From NCBI RefSeq assembly GCF_006345805.1, contig NC_043019.1:5889360-5953359 (forward strand): a stretch of 64,000 nucleotides of DNA, given 5' to 3'. This document shows, in pieces, positions 49,351 to 60,211 of the stretch. The position numbers were made by a program, and so were the translations under genes. Numbering within the stretch: position 1 is the stretch's first letter; every line of letters starts with the position of its first letter. This DNA comes from Octopus sinensis (Eukaryota). The notes beneath the pieces were generated by a model, which was not told the DNA's origin, did no database searches, and worked only from the letters and a program-made list of their open reading frames with translations.

Positions 49351-49695
49351 TATTAGCTTTGAAGGCAATTTACAAAAATAGACCACTTAAATCCAGAATA
49401 ATTTACCTAGAAACTACCAGTGATTGTGCAGGAAAATGAATTCAAAGAGATAAACTTATCAGTTGTCTACCGTTAATGTTAGACATATTAACCATCTGTA
49501 GTCTGTAACGGACATGTTAGTTCTCTGCAATGTCTAGATCTCTTGAAATTGTCTGAACCAGGCATTTCAACTCCATTGCATCCAAATAGTTATCTTTATA
49601 TTAGGCATCGACAAAGCAATGCCAGACTTCCACAGTTCATTCGTCTGCATGATGTGTTCGGAGTGAACACTTTTCTTTGTTTATCATTTAAGTTA

Positions 49696-50085
49696 TCTAT
49701 ATATGTAAAAGTGAGGTTGTGTGCTGTCTGTCTCCTACGATTTAGATTCCTAACTACTCCCAGATTTTGCGGTGCAGTGTAACCAAAAGCGGGTATCTTA
49801 TAGTCGTGATTCATATCCAGCCCTTCTGGGTATTAGCGCGCGTCTACGATGAGTCTACGATTAAAAAAAAATTACCATCAATTTTCCCCATTTTTAATGC
49901 ATTTTTGGCATATATGAGGGAAGTAACTCTCTAAAAAATTATTAAATCTCAGAACGTAAAACGCTACAGTAACACCCCCCTTTGTGGTTAGCCATATTGA
50001 GATGGCTATTATACTTTACATCTCTAAAAATGCTTATATAGTTATTTCCCTTACAAACCCGAGCAACGCCGGGCGATACTGCTAG
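49696..50085 (+). mobile_element. Non-autonomous Helitron
   Basis: A|TCTATATATG...CCCGAGCAACGCCGGG..TACTGCTAG|T. Confidence 0.92.
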
Positions 50086-50490
50086 TTTCATAATAAAAAA
50101 GTAGATTCGCTTAAATTCACATCATACTGACTAGCATCTCATCCCGCTGTTTATTCATCTATCGTCTGCTCTGCCTTCTCTTTCATAACACTGTGTCTTT
50201 ATGTTGAGCATCGGCAAAGTGATGTCCGACCTTGATACACGTTGCTCCCACAGTTCGTTAGTTTACTACATGTTATTCTCAGAATGAATACTCATTCCTG
50301 TTTATCTCTCATAGTCGGCGTTACTAACCGTGGGTAGAGCTGGAAATGTTGAAATGGGTATTGAAGGCAAAGGGGACAAAACGGGAACGATAAAGGCTTA
50401 AGTATAATTGTCTTTAGTCGCTGTCTTCTACTTTAGATATTAACTTTTAATGCAAAAAGAAAATCGTGTACTATTACGATAAACAACTGA

Positions 50491-50615
50491 GCAGGCGCAG
50501 GCTTGGCTGTGTGGTAAGAAGCTTGCTTCCCAACCACATGGTTCCAGGTTCAGTCTCACTGCGTGGCACCTTGGCCAAATGTCTTCTACTATAGCCTCGG
50601 GCTGACCAAAGCCTT
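50491..50615 (+). mobile_element. SINE family A 5' part
   Basis: Head and CORE-like part only. Confidence 0.85.
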
Positions 50616-50648
50616 TTATTTTTTTTCAGGCTCGCTAAAATAAATACC

Positions 50649-51061
50649 TATTTCTTTACTACCCACAAGGGGCTGAACACAGAGAGGACAATCAAGGACA
50701 GACAAACGGATTAAATCGATTATATTGACCCCAGTGCGTAACTGGTACTTATTTAATCGACCCCGAAAGGATGAAAGGCAAAGTCGACCTCGGCGGAATT
50801 TGAACTCAGAATGTAGTGGCAGACGAAATACCTTTTTCTTTACTACCCACAAGGGGCTAAACACAGAGAGGACAAACAAGGACAGACAAACGGATTAAGT
50901 CGATTATATCGACCCCAGTGCGTAACTGATACTTATTTAATCGACCCCGAAAGGATGAAAGGCAAAGTCGACCTCGGCGGAATTTCAACTCAGAACGTAA
51001 CGGCAGACGAAATACCGCTAAGCATTTCGCCCGGCGTGCTAACGATTGTGCTAGCTCGCCA
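50649..51061 (-). mobile_element. SINE family B1 tandem (head plus two 184-bp units)
   Basis: AATACC at 50643, 50827 and 51011; 14-bp TSD CTAAAATAAATACC at 50635-50648 and 51062-51075. Confidence 0.93.
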
Positions 51062-51286
51062 CTAAAATAAATACCAGTTCAGCTCAGGGGATGAGCTAAT
51101 TGACTTAGCCCCTTTATCGAATTTGTTGATCTTGTGCAAAAATTTGAAACCAATATTAAAAGAATTTCTATTTCCTCTTGCCGAACTGAGGTAGTTTCTT
51201 GTCCCTCTTGTTGCAGTACATTACGATTTACGGTAGAGTAATTGTGGATAGTAATTGAGCACCTCAAATGCTATAACATTGGATTC

Positions 51287-51645
51287 ACATGGTTCTGGGT
51301 TCAGTCCCACTGCGTGGCTCCTTGGGCAAGTGTCTTCTTCTATAGCCTCGGGCCGACCAAAGCCTTGTGAGTGGATTTGATAGACGGAAACTGAAAGAAG
51401 CCCGTCGTATTTATGTATATGTGTGTGTGTGTGTGTATGTTTGCGTGTCTGTGATTGCCCCCCAACATCGCTTGATAACTGATGCTGGTGTGTTTACGTC
51501 CCCGTCACGTAACGGTTCGGCAAAAGAGACCGATAAAATAAGTACTAGGCTTACGAAGTTCTGGGGTTGATTTGCTCGACTAAAGGCGAAGCTCCAGCAT
51601 GGCCACAGTCAAATGACTGAAACAAGTAAAAGAGTAAAAGAGAGA
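51287..51645 (+). mobile_element. SINE family A, slightly 5'-truncated
   Basis: Match from cacatggttc to aaacaagtaaaagag. Confidence 0.9.
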
Positions 51646-51787
51646 GAGTGTCCATTACGCAAATAGGTCGTGGATTGAGTTAGTCGACTGCAAAAGTCTC
51701 TTCCAAATTGGACTTGGTTTCAAATTTTGGCACAAAGGTTAAATCGGACCCAGCGTTCAGTTGGTATTTATTTTATTTTTATATCCT

Positions 51788-52013
51788 TGTTGTATGTTGG
51801 ATATATCATATAACGAAGCAGGTGGTGGGGGGGAGAAAGTATTTACACGACGGAATACGATTACTCTTACACGAGACTCAACGCTCTATACCAACGGCTC
51901 ACAGTGAACTTCTTGTTAACTCGAACTGTTGACGACTCGACTGTTATCTATTTAATAGGAATGTCTCAGCTCACTTGTAGTTACATGGGGGCGGTCGGAA
52001 TCCTTCCACAACA
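51788..52013. mobile_element. Candidate solo LTR inserted in a SINE-B remnant
   Basis: TGTTG...CAACA ends; splits the SINE-B motif tttat|cgac; no clean TSD. Confidence 0.4.
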
Positions 52014-52305
52014 TCTATCGACTCCGAAAGGAAGAAAGGAATAGTCGACCTCGTCAGAATTTGAACTCAGAACGTAAAGACAGACGAAATACTTGTTTCT
52101 TTACTACCCAGAAGTGGCTAAACACAGAGGGGACAAACAAGGACAGACAAGCGGATAGAGTCGATTACATCGACCCCAGTGCGCAACTGGTACTTATTTA
52201 ATCGACCCCGAAAGGATGAAAGGCAAAGTCGACCTCGGCGGAATTTGAACGAAATACCGCTAAGCATTTCGCCCGACGTGCTAACGATTCTGCCAGCTCG
52301 CCATC
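52014..52305 (-). mobile_element. SINE family B1 unit joined in register to an older B copy
   Basis: Junction cagacgaaatac|ttgtttctttactac at about 52088, equivalent to that at 50827. Confidence 0.85.
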
Positions 52306-52324
52306 TTAAACATTTATGTAATAT

Positions 52325-52545
52325 TGGTTTCAAATTTTGGCACAAGACCAGCAATTTCGGTGTGGGAAGGTTAAATTGATTACACGGACCCAGTGTTTGA
52401 CTGGTACTCAATAATATCGGTGCCGAAAAGATGCAAAGCAAAGTTGACTTTGCCGGAATTTGAACTCAATACTTAAAGACGAACAAAATGCCTTTAATCA
52501 TTTTGTCCGGCGTTCTAACGATTCTGCCAGCACGCCGCCTTGCTT
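52325..52545 (-). mobile_element. SINE family B2
   Basis: Head, body and B2 tail, diverged. Confidence 0.8.
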
Positions 52546-52554
52546 GCGAAATTA

Positions 52555-52775
52555 ATATTGGTTTCAAATTTTTACACAAGGCCAGTGATTTTGGTGGAAG
52601 GGATAAGTTGGTTATATCGACTCCAAAGTTCAAATGGTACCAATTTTATCGACTCTGAAAGGGAGAAAGGAAAAGTCGACCTCAACGGAACTTGAACTCG
52701 GAACGTAAAGAAGGACGAAATGTCGTTGAGCAGTTTGCTCAGCGCGCTAAGGATTCTGCCAACTCGCCGCCTTTG
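52555..52775 (-). mobile_element. SINE family B2
   Basis: Head, body and B2 tail, diverged. Confidence 0.8.
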
Positions 52776-52873
52776 GAACAGAAATAATACTGAGATATCC
52801 ATGTGGAGGGTATCGGAGAAGTCGTAGAGGAGAGCTGGGGACGCGATTTCAATCTGCATCTGAAGCCACTTCG

Positions 52874-53285
52874 GATCTTTTCGGTTTGAACGGCAGTTTT
52901 TTCTAGCGATGTCATATGAAATTGTCACCCATAATTATGACTCTAGTATCGATCTATTGCATTTCGATCTGTTTTAGGATTAGGGTTAGGTGGGGAGAAG
53001 GGTATCTTTTTTTTCTTCAGAAATGTAAATAAACCCAATCTGTTTCTTAAACGAGGGACATATTTATACGGCACAGAATGTTTTCACTTCAATAGACGTC
53101 ATTGATTAGTTGAAATTGCAGAAATTGAAGAAAAAAAACAAATATCTTACAAACTATAGAATTTTCTCAATAAAGCCAAGAGAAAAAGATGTTTTATAAA
53201 CACATTCTACCCGTATACGAAGTGTAAAAGTGTTTAGTTACGTGGCAATTATTTTTAAAAAACTGCCGGTCAAACCGAAAAGATC
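52874..53285 (+). mobile_element. GATC-ended MITE, copy 2
   Basis: Both TIRs intact; colinear with 46513-46941. Confidence 0.9.
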
Positions 53286-53453
53286 TGCCACTTCAATAAA
53301 ATTACTAATGCTCACAAGCATGACATGATTGTTAGATTTATCATTTAAAACATTAGACATTTCTATTTACCGCTGAAAGCTTGGTCTTTGAATTCGCTCT
53401 TGTACGTTGCTCACTCACTAGACGTCTTTCAGTTGATGGTATTATCATTGCCG

Positions 53454-53687
53454 AAGGCGGCGAGCTGGCAGAATCGTTAGCGCGCCATGCGAAATGCTTT
53501 GCGGTATTTCGTCTGCCATTACGTTCTGAGTTCAAATTCCGCCGAGGTCGACTTTGCCTTTCATCCTTTCGGGGTCGATAAATTAAGTACCAGTTACGCA
53601 CTGGGGTCGATGTAATCGACTTAATTCGTTTGTCTGTCCTTGTTTGTCCTCCTCTATGTCTAGCCCCTTGTGGGCAATAAATAAATA
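53454..53687 (+). mobile_element. SINE family B1
   Basis: Full length; perfect 16-bp TSD GGTATTATCATTGCCG at 53438-53453 and 53688-53703. Confidence 0.95.
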
Positions 53688-53789
53688 GGTATTATCATTG
53701 CCGTCATTTTTAATGTTGGTGTTCTTGCTGTCGTTGTTTGTTGTTGTGGTCGTTTTGATTATTGTTGTTGTTATTCATGTTGTCACTAT

Positions 53790-53995
53790 TCTTCTTCTTC
53801 TTTTTCTTTTCTTCTTCTTCTTCTTCTTCTTCTTCTTCTTCTTCTTCTGCTTCTTCTTCTTCTGCTTCTTCCTCCTCTCCTACTTCTTCTTCTTCTTCTT
53901 CTTCTCCTCCTTCTTCTTCTTCTTCTTCTTCTTCTTCTTCTTCTTCTTCTTCTTCTTCTTCTTCTTCTTCTTCTTCTTCTTCTTCTTCTTCTTGC
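53790..53995. repeat. (TTC)n microsatellite
   Basis: Direct. Confidence 0.95.
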
Positions 53996-54344
53996 TGTCA
54001 TTTTTGCGATTGCTGTTACATAATTGCAACAATAAATCTGAAATAATTATTGTTGTTAATACTGGAGTTGTTATTGTAATTATTTGTGTTGTTACTGTTG
54101 TTGTTGTTGTTGTCCTATATCTTTCCAGCGGATCTATTTCTACACGACATATTTGGCGGAGAGGGGGCTAATTATTACAGACAACCTATGAATGTATGCA
54201 TGTATATATGTAAATATATACGTGTGTATAAGTATGTATGTTTGTGTGTATATCGAAAACTCTATTAAAGACCTTATTAATGTTGTAGCCATTGTTGATG
54301 CTGTTGTTGCAATTGTGGTTTTTATTGTTATTATTGCTATTGAT

Positions 54345-54393
54345 GTACTTGTTGTTGTTGTTGTTGTTGTTGTTATTATTATTATTATTATTA

Positions 54394-54431
<38 letters not shown>

Positions 54432-54492
54432 TATTATTATTATTATCATCATCATCATCCTCATCATCATCATTATTATTATTATTATTATT

Positions 54493-54527
<35 letters not shown>

Positions 54528-54543
54528 TATTATTATTATAATT
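54345..54543. repeat. (GTT)n/(ATT)n/(ATC)n compound triplet repeat
   Basis: Direct. Confidence 0.95.
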
Positions 54544-55086
54544 GAGTGAGAGAGCAGTGCATGCCATCAAAGTGACACCGGGGTAAAATATATGAAGCCC
54601 AATATACCCATCATGACTACCCGTCTGATAAGGGTACACTAGGTACATGCATCACAACCACATGTGCACAACATGGTGATCCCATATCAAGATAAACAGC
54701 ACATGACCTTGCAGGTGGGGCCCAGAGAGAATTTTCTTCAGGTCGAGTAACCCATCCCGCTCAAAAGGTCCCTGAATAAGGATTGTTTAAGGATGTTGAA
54801 CGAAACACCCATGTTTCTAAAGGTGAATTATCCAAACGTTTTAACACATGGCCATGATGCTCCCCCACTGCTTCTGCTCGTGATCAGAGATGCACATATC
54901 GTCAGCCACTAAGGGACATGCTCAACTGGTTAAGGAGGCAACTGACAACAAGCAAATCCGTGGTATTGAGCAGAATATTTGCTGTAGCCCATCTTTTATA
55001 CCAAGACAAAACAATGTACATGATAACACTTCCAATCAGTTAAGATGAGAAGCCATGAGAGCCACTGCCTGGTACTGCATCAGGCA

Positions 55087-55087
<1 letters not shown>
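54544..55087. mobile_element. (ATT)n-embedded fixed-end element, copy 2
   Basis: Colinear with 24397-24952, same ends. Confidence 0.88.
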
Positions 55088-55117
<30 letters not shown>

Positions 55118-55120
55118 ATG

Positions 55121-55169
<49 letters not shown>

Positions 55170-55204
55170 TATTATATTATTATTATTATTATCATTATGA
55201 AGTC

Positions 55205-55590
55205 GAGGACCGGCAGAATCGTTAGCACGCGGGGCAAAATGCTTAGCGGTATTTCGTCTGTCTTTACGTTCTGAGTTCAAATTCCGCCGAGGTCGACTTT
55301 GCCTTTCATCCTTTCGGGGTCGATAAATTAAGTACCAGTTACGCACTGGGGTCGATGTCTTCGACTTAATCCGTTTGTCTGTCCTTGTTTGTCCCTTCTG
55401 TGTTTCGCCCCTTGTGGGTAGTAAAGAAATAGGTATTTCGTCTGTCTTTACGTTCTCAGTTCAAATACCGCCGATGCCGACTTTGCTTTTCATCCTTTCG
55501 GGGTCAATTAAATAAGTTACGCACTGGGGTCGACGTAATCGACTTAATCCCCTTCCCCAAGATGCCCCCGTGGCAAACATTTGAAATCAT
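55205..55590 (+). mobile_element. SINE family B tandem: head, 184-bp B1 unit, then older B2 body and tail
   Basis: GGTATT at 55248 and 55432 (184 bp apart); second unit ends in the B2-type tail. Confidence 0.9.
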
Positions 55591-55740
55591 TATTAGTATT
55601 GGTGTTGTTGTTGCTCTTCTTCTTCTTCTTCTTCTTCTTCTTTCTTCTATTCTACTATTATTTATTATTATTTTATTATTATATAATATTATTATTATCA
55701 TCATCATCATCATCATCATCATCAATCATCATCATCATTA

Positions 55741-55787
<47 letters not shown>

Positions 55788-55802
55788 CATTATTATAATA
55801 TT

Positions 55803-56348
55803 GAGTGAGAGAGCAGTTCATGCCATCAAAGTGACACTGGGGTAAAAATAGTACGAGCCCAATATACCCATCATGACTACCCGTCTGATAAGGGTACACC
55901 AAGCACTTGCATCACAACCATATGTGCGCAACATGGTGATCTCATCTGAAGATAAACAGCACATGACCTTGCAGGTGGGGCCCAGAGAGAATTTTCTTCA
56001 GGTCGAGTAGCCCATCCTACTCAAAAGGTCCCTGAATAAGGGTTGTTTAAGGATGTTGAAAGAACCACCCATGTTTCCAGAGGTGAATTATTCAAACCCC
56101 AAAGAATCCCTCTCAACACATGGCTATGATGCTCCCCCACTACTTCTGCTCGTGATCAGAGATGCACATATCGTCAGCCACTAAGGGACATGCTCAACTG
56201 GTTAAAGTCAAACAACTGACAAGCAAATCTGTGGTATTGAGCAGAATATTTGCTGTAGCCCATCTTTTATACCAAGACAAAACATTGTACATGATAACAC
56301 TTCCAATTCGTTAAGATCAGGTGCCATGAGAACCACTGCCTGGTACTG

Positions 56349-56351
<3 letters not shown>
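55803..56351. mobile_element. (ATT)n-embedded fixed-end element, copy 3
   Basis: Colinear with copies 1 and 2. Confidence 0.88.
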
Positions 56352-56410
<59 letters not shown>

Positions 56411-56629
56411 CAATTCTTCTTCTTCTTCTTCTTCTTCTTCTTCTTCTTCTTCTTCCATTCTTCTTCTCTCCTTCATCTTGTTGCATAATTAGTTGGAAAC
56501 ATATAAATGTCATAATTAACTGTATGTACATCCAATTACAAACAGAACAGAACGGGGTATATTTAAGAACATGTGTCTATACACGTGTATAAATTTGGGT
56601 TAATGAGTGTGTATGTATGTGTGTGTGCA

Positions 56630-56661
56630 ATATATATATATGTATATATTTATATATATGT

Positions 56662-56698
<37 letters not shown>

Positions 56699-56894
56699 TG
56701 TATATATATATATATAGTATAGTTATATATATATATGTATGTATATATATATATATATGTAATGTATGTATATATGTATGTATATATATATATATATATG
56801 GTGTGTGGTGTGTGTGGTGTATATGCTATATATATGTATATATATGTATTTATATATATATATGTATATATATGTAATTATTATATATTTATAT

Positions 56895-56928
<34 letters not shown>

Positions 56929-57000
56929 GTAGATATGTATATATTTTATGTATATATTTATATATATGTATATATATATTTATATATATATATATTTGCA
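56630..57000. repeat. Degenerate (TA)n tract
   Basis: Direct. Confidence 0.9.
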
Positions 57001-57237
57001 CACACGTTAATGAGAACATGTTAGTTGTCTGTGTTCAGGCTTTAATTGGGGTTTTTATACTTTGCTGAGGTTATCATCAAATGTGCGACCGGTGAGGCAT
57101 ATACAATTATAGAGTGTGCTCGGAAAGTATTACATCACACGCAAATAAACCACACAGCCGTGGATGTACAACTTTTAATTTCTTAAGTTCTGCTTAAAGA
57201 ATAGTGTTCGGTGTGCTTGAAGCAGATGTATAAGAAA

Positions 57238-57286
<49 letters not shown>

Positions 57287-57340
57287 ATATATATATATAT
57301 TATATATATATATATATAATATATATATAATATATATATA

Positions 57341-57545
57341 CCGGAGTAAACACATAAATCTGAAACAAGGTGGAAAAAAGAGTACTCAAATACCAGTGGT
57401 AGAGTAATATGCTTTATTTAAAGCAGCAGAAAATTCAACAAAACCTGTTACTCTGAGTTTCGCGTTGCCGTTCAAAAACTGTCCGAGGAACGGCAACGTG
57501 AAACTCAGAGTAACAGACTTTGTTGAATTTTCTGCTGCTTTAAAT
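57341..57545. mobile_element. Penelope-type inverted pLTR (family H3) between (TA)n tracts
   Basis: 58-bp inverted arms 57416-57473 and 57488-57545 (3 mismatches), 14-nt loop; hammerhead in the right arm. Confidence 0.8.
57479..57516 (+). ncRNA. Minimal type-I hammerhead ribozyme (U4C core variant)
   Basis: CTGT-CCGAGGA-ACG(GCAA)CGT-GAAA-CTCAGAG-TA-ACAG: 4-bp stem I, GNRA-capped stem II, near-palindromic ACTCAGAGT; GUA cut after 57512. Confidence 0.7.
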
Positions 57546-57560
57546 ATAGTATATATATTT

Positions 57561-57594
<34 letters not shown>

Positions 57595-57659
57595 GGTGCA
57601 GGAGTGGCTGTGTGTTAAGTACCTTGCTTACCAACCACATGGTTCAGGGTTCACTTGCT

Positions 57660-57850
57660 ACACACACACACACATACATACATACATACATACATACATA
57701 CATACATACATACATACATACATACATACATACATACATACATACACACACACATACATACATACATACATACATACATACATACATACATACATACATA
57801 CATACATACATACATACATACATACACACATGCATACATACATACATACA
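57660..57850. repeat. (CATA)n microsatellite following a SINE-A head fragment (57593-57652)
   Basis: Direct. Confidence 0.9.
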
Positions 57851-57875
57851 TAATTAAATATATGCATGTAGGTAT

Positions 57876-58073
57876 GCCGCGTGTGTATCGTTGGCGATTT
57901 TCTTTCTCCGTCTTCCCTTCTTTGGACTTTTCCTGTATTTCTGATGAAGAGCTCCGCTCGAAACGTAAAACCCTTTTTCTTTTCTTTCCGTTCCTGGGCG
58001 TCCAATAACACTGTACTTATTCCACGTCCTCGCGTTGTTGTTTGTTTTCTTGCTTGTTCATGTTTGGATTGAC
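57876..58073 (+). mobile_element. Hammerhead-bearing pLTR-like element family H1, copy 2
   Basis: Colinear with 26176-26383. Confidence 0.7.
57937..57971 (+). ncRNA. Minimal type-I hammerhead ribozyme, canonical core
   Basis: ATTT-CTGATGA-A-GAGC(TCC)GCTC-GAAA-CG-TA-AAAC; stem I 3 bp; predicted cut after 57967. Confidence 0.65.
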
Positions 58074-58084
58074 TATGTGTATAT

Positions 58085-58495
58085 TCTCCTTTACTCTTTT
58101 ACTTCTTTCAGTCATTTGACTGTGGCCATGCTGGAGCACCGACTTTAGTCGAGCAAATCGACCCCAGGACTTATTCTTTGTAAGCCTAGTACTTATTCTA
58201 TCGGTCTCTTTTTCGAACCACTAAGTTACGGAGATGTAAACACACCAGCATCGGTTGTCAAGTGATGTTGGGTGAACAAGCACAGACACACAAACACACA
58301 CACACATATATGTATATATATATACATATATACGACGAGCTTCTTTAAGTTTCCGTCTACCAAATCCACTCACAAGGCTTTGGTCAGCCCGAGGCTATAG
58401 TAGAAGACACTTACTCAAGGTGTCACGCAGTGGTACTGAACCCGGAACCATGTGGTTGGTAAACAAGCTACATACCACACAGCCACTCCTGCGCC
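58085..58495 (-). mobile_element. SINE family A
   Basis: Full antisense match. Confidence 0.92.
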
Positions 58496-58619
58496 TATAT
58501 ATATACAGAGAGAGTGAGAGGACTACACAAGGTTATTAGTCTCCCAATACCAAAGCGAAATATATTTAAAAATCCGATGGATATACTGTCACCATTTTAT
58601 ATTTTAAATTTCGTGCACA

Positions 58620-59392
58620 TTGTTATTTTGTTTCTTTTGTCGACTACACAGTACAGTAGAATCAGTTGGGCACCTTCTGTGTGAAAAACAGTACCATGAC
58701 GCAATTCACTTTGCCAGTAATTTGGACTCTCTATGCTGCTTGGCATTCGCGCTGGAAGCTCCAAAACGAACATTTCAGAGTTTTGGATGTCAATCTGAGG
58801 ACATGTACTGAGAGTGATAAAAATCAAACATCCAGTCAACATCATGGTGTTTGGAGTGATCACTTGTGATGGTAACGTTATGCCTCCATTCATCTTCTCA
58901 CACAGACTCAAACACAACAGGGAGGCTTACATCAAGTGCCCAGAGGAGGTAGTGCTGCCCGGGGTCAAAAGGACTGCATCATGCCACACAAGCAGGAAAA
59001 CCCTGTCATGACCGTCAGACAATATCTGTGACCATATTACCCCTAACAACTGGCCACCTAACTCCCCAGACTGCAACCCCCTTGATTATTATGTGTAGGG
59101 TGCAGTTGAGTGAGAGACCAACAAAACTCCTTGTAACACCAAAGATGAACTGAAGGCAAGGATTATGGCAGCATTCACCAACTTAAACAAGGAGACTGTC
59201 CAGAAGAGTTACAGGAGATTCTGAAGTCGTCTGGATGTCATGGTTAAAGCCAATGGCGATTTTATTGAATAAATTTCTTCTTTAGTATTTTAAGATATTT
59301 TTATCTAATTTTTGTAAATATATCTGTTAAAATGAGATGACAGTGTTATTTTGATTTTTGCGTAATTTAGACATTATATTCACCGCAGCCTG
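58620..59392 (+). mobile_element. Internally deleted maT/DD37D-type Tc1-mariner element
   Basis: KHPVNIMVFGVITCDG..PPFIF..WPPNSPDCNPLDYYV..KDELKARI..VKANGDFIE*; right end ..CACCGCAGCCTG|TA; left TIR not found. Confidence 0.85.
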
Positions 59393-60211
59393 TATATTAG
59401 GTGGAAGGTAAGAGTATATAAACATCGCATGAAAATGTAATTAATATAGAGAGTTATATCTTTGCATGTTAAGTTAAAAGCGACTGTAGAATATTCTAAA
59501 TTTTTAATAGGTAAAATATTATTTTCTATGTCTCCTTATATCTCTTTGTTAGTTTGTCTGCTGATTATCCAAAAGAACAACTTGTCTCCAATTTTAACTG
59601 TTGCTCTCTCGCTTCACAACTAAACAGCCACACCCTTCCAGTAAACAGCATTAAAATACCACAACCATGTGTTTTATAAATATAACAATGTTACGAATGT
59701 GAAAATAATTGTCAAGTCATAATTAATATTAATATTAATCATCATAAGAAATACAAGAAATCATTAATTGCTGATTAAGACACATCAACATTATAAGTTT
59801 GCTGTCTGCAAACGCCAACGGAAATTGAGATGCAATTTCAGTTTACGAGAGGATTAATAAAACTGGATTGTTCTCTCTAAATATATTATTTCTGTTGATC
59901 TATGATTTTATAGTTTATTTACTCCTTTCATTGTTTATTACTCAGTAATTTTTTGAATCTCGTAGTTTCGTCCCATACTTAGTAACTTTTCCGACGTAGA
60001 TATATTACAATTGAAGAAATATATTTTACCTTTTAAATTGAACAAATTTAAATTAGAAAAGCAAATTAGATCCCATATATTTCCCGCTCATTATAATAGT
60101 TACCTGTAAAAGGTACAGATAACAGCGGTTTGGGAAATCGGATTCTATTTTATAACAGTTGAACTGATTGCTTTCTATCTTTACATCAACATTATACCTA
60201 ATTATACCTTT

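Noticed and set aside
50643-51016. Regularly spaced repeats as a CRISPR-like array
   Set aside because: Whole 184-bp units repeat, with no unique spacers; eukaryotic SINE context
2760-58495. tRNA-like sequences as tRNA genes
   Set aside because: Each is the head of a multi-copy SINE continuing into body and tail, several with TSDs; no complete cloverleaf was identified
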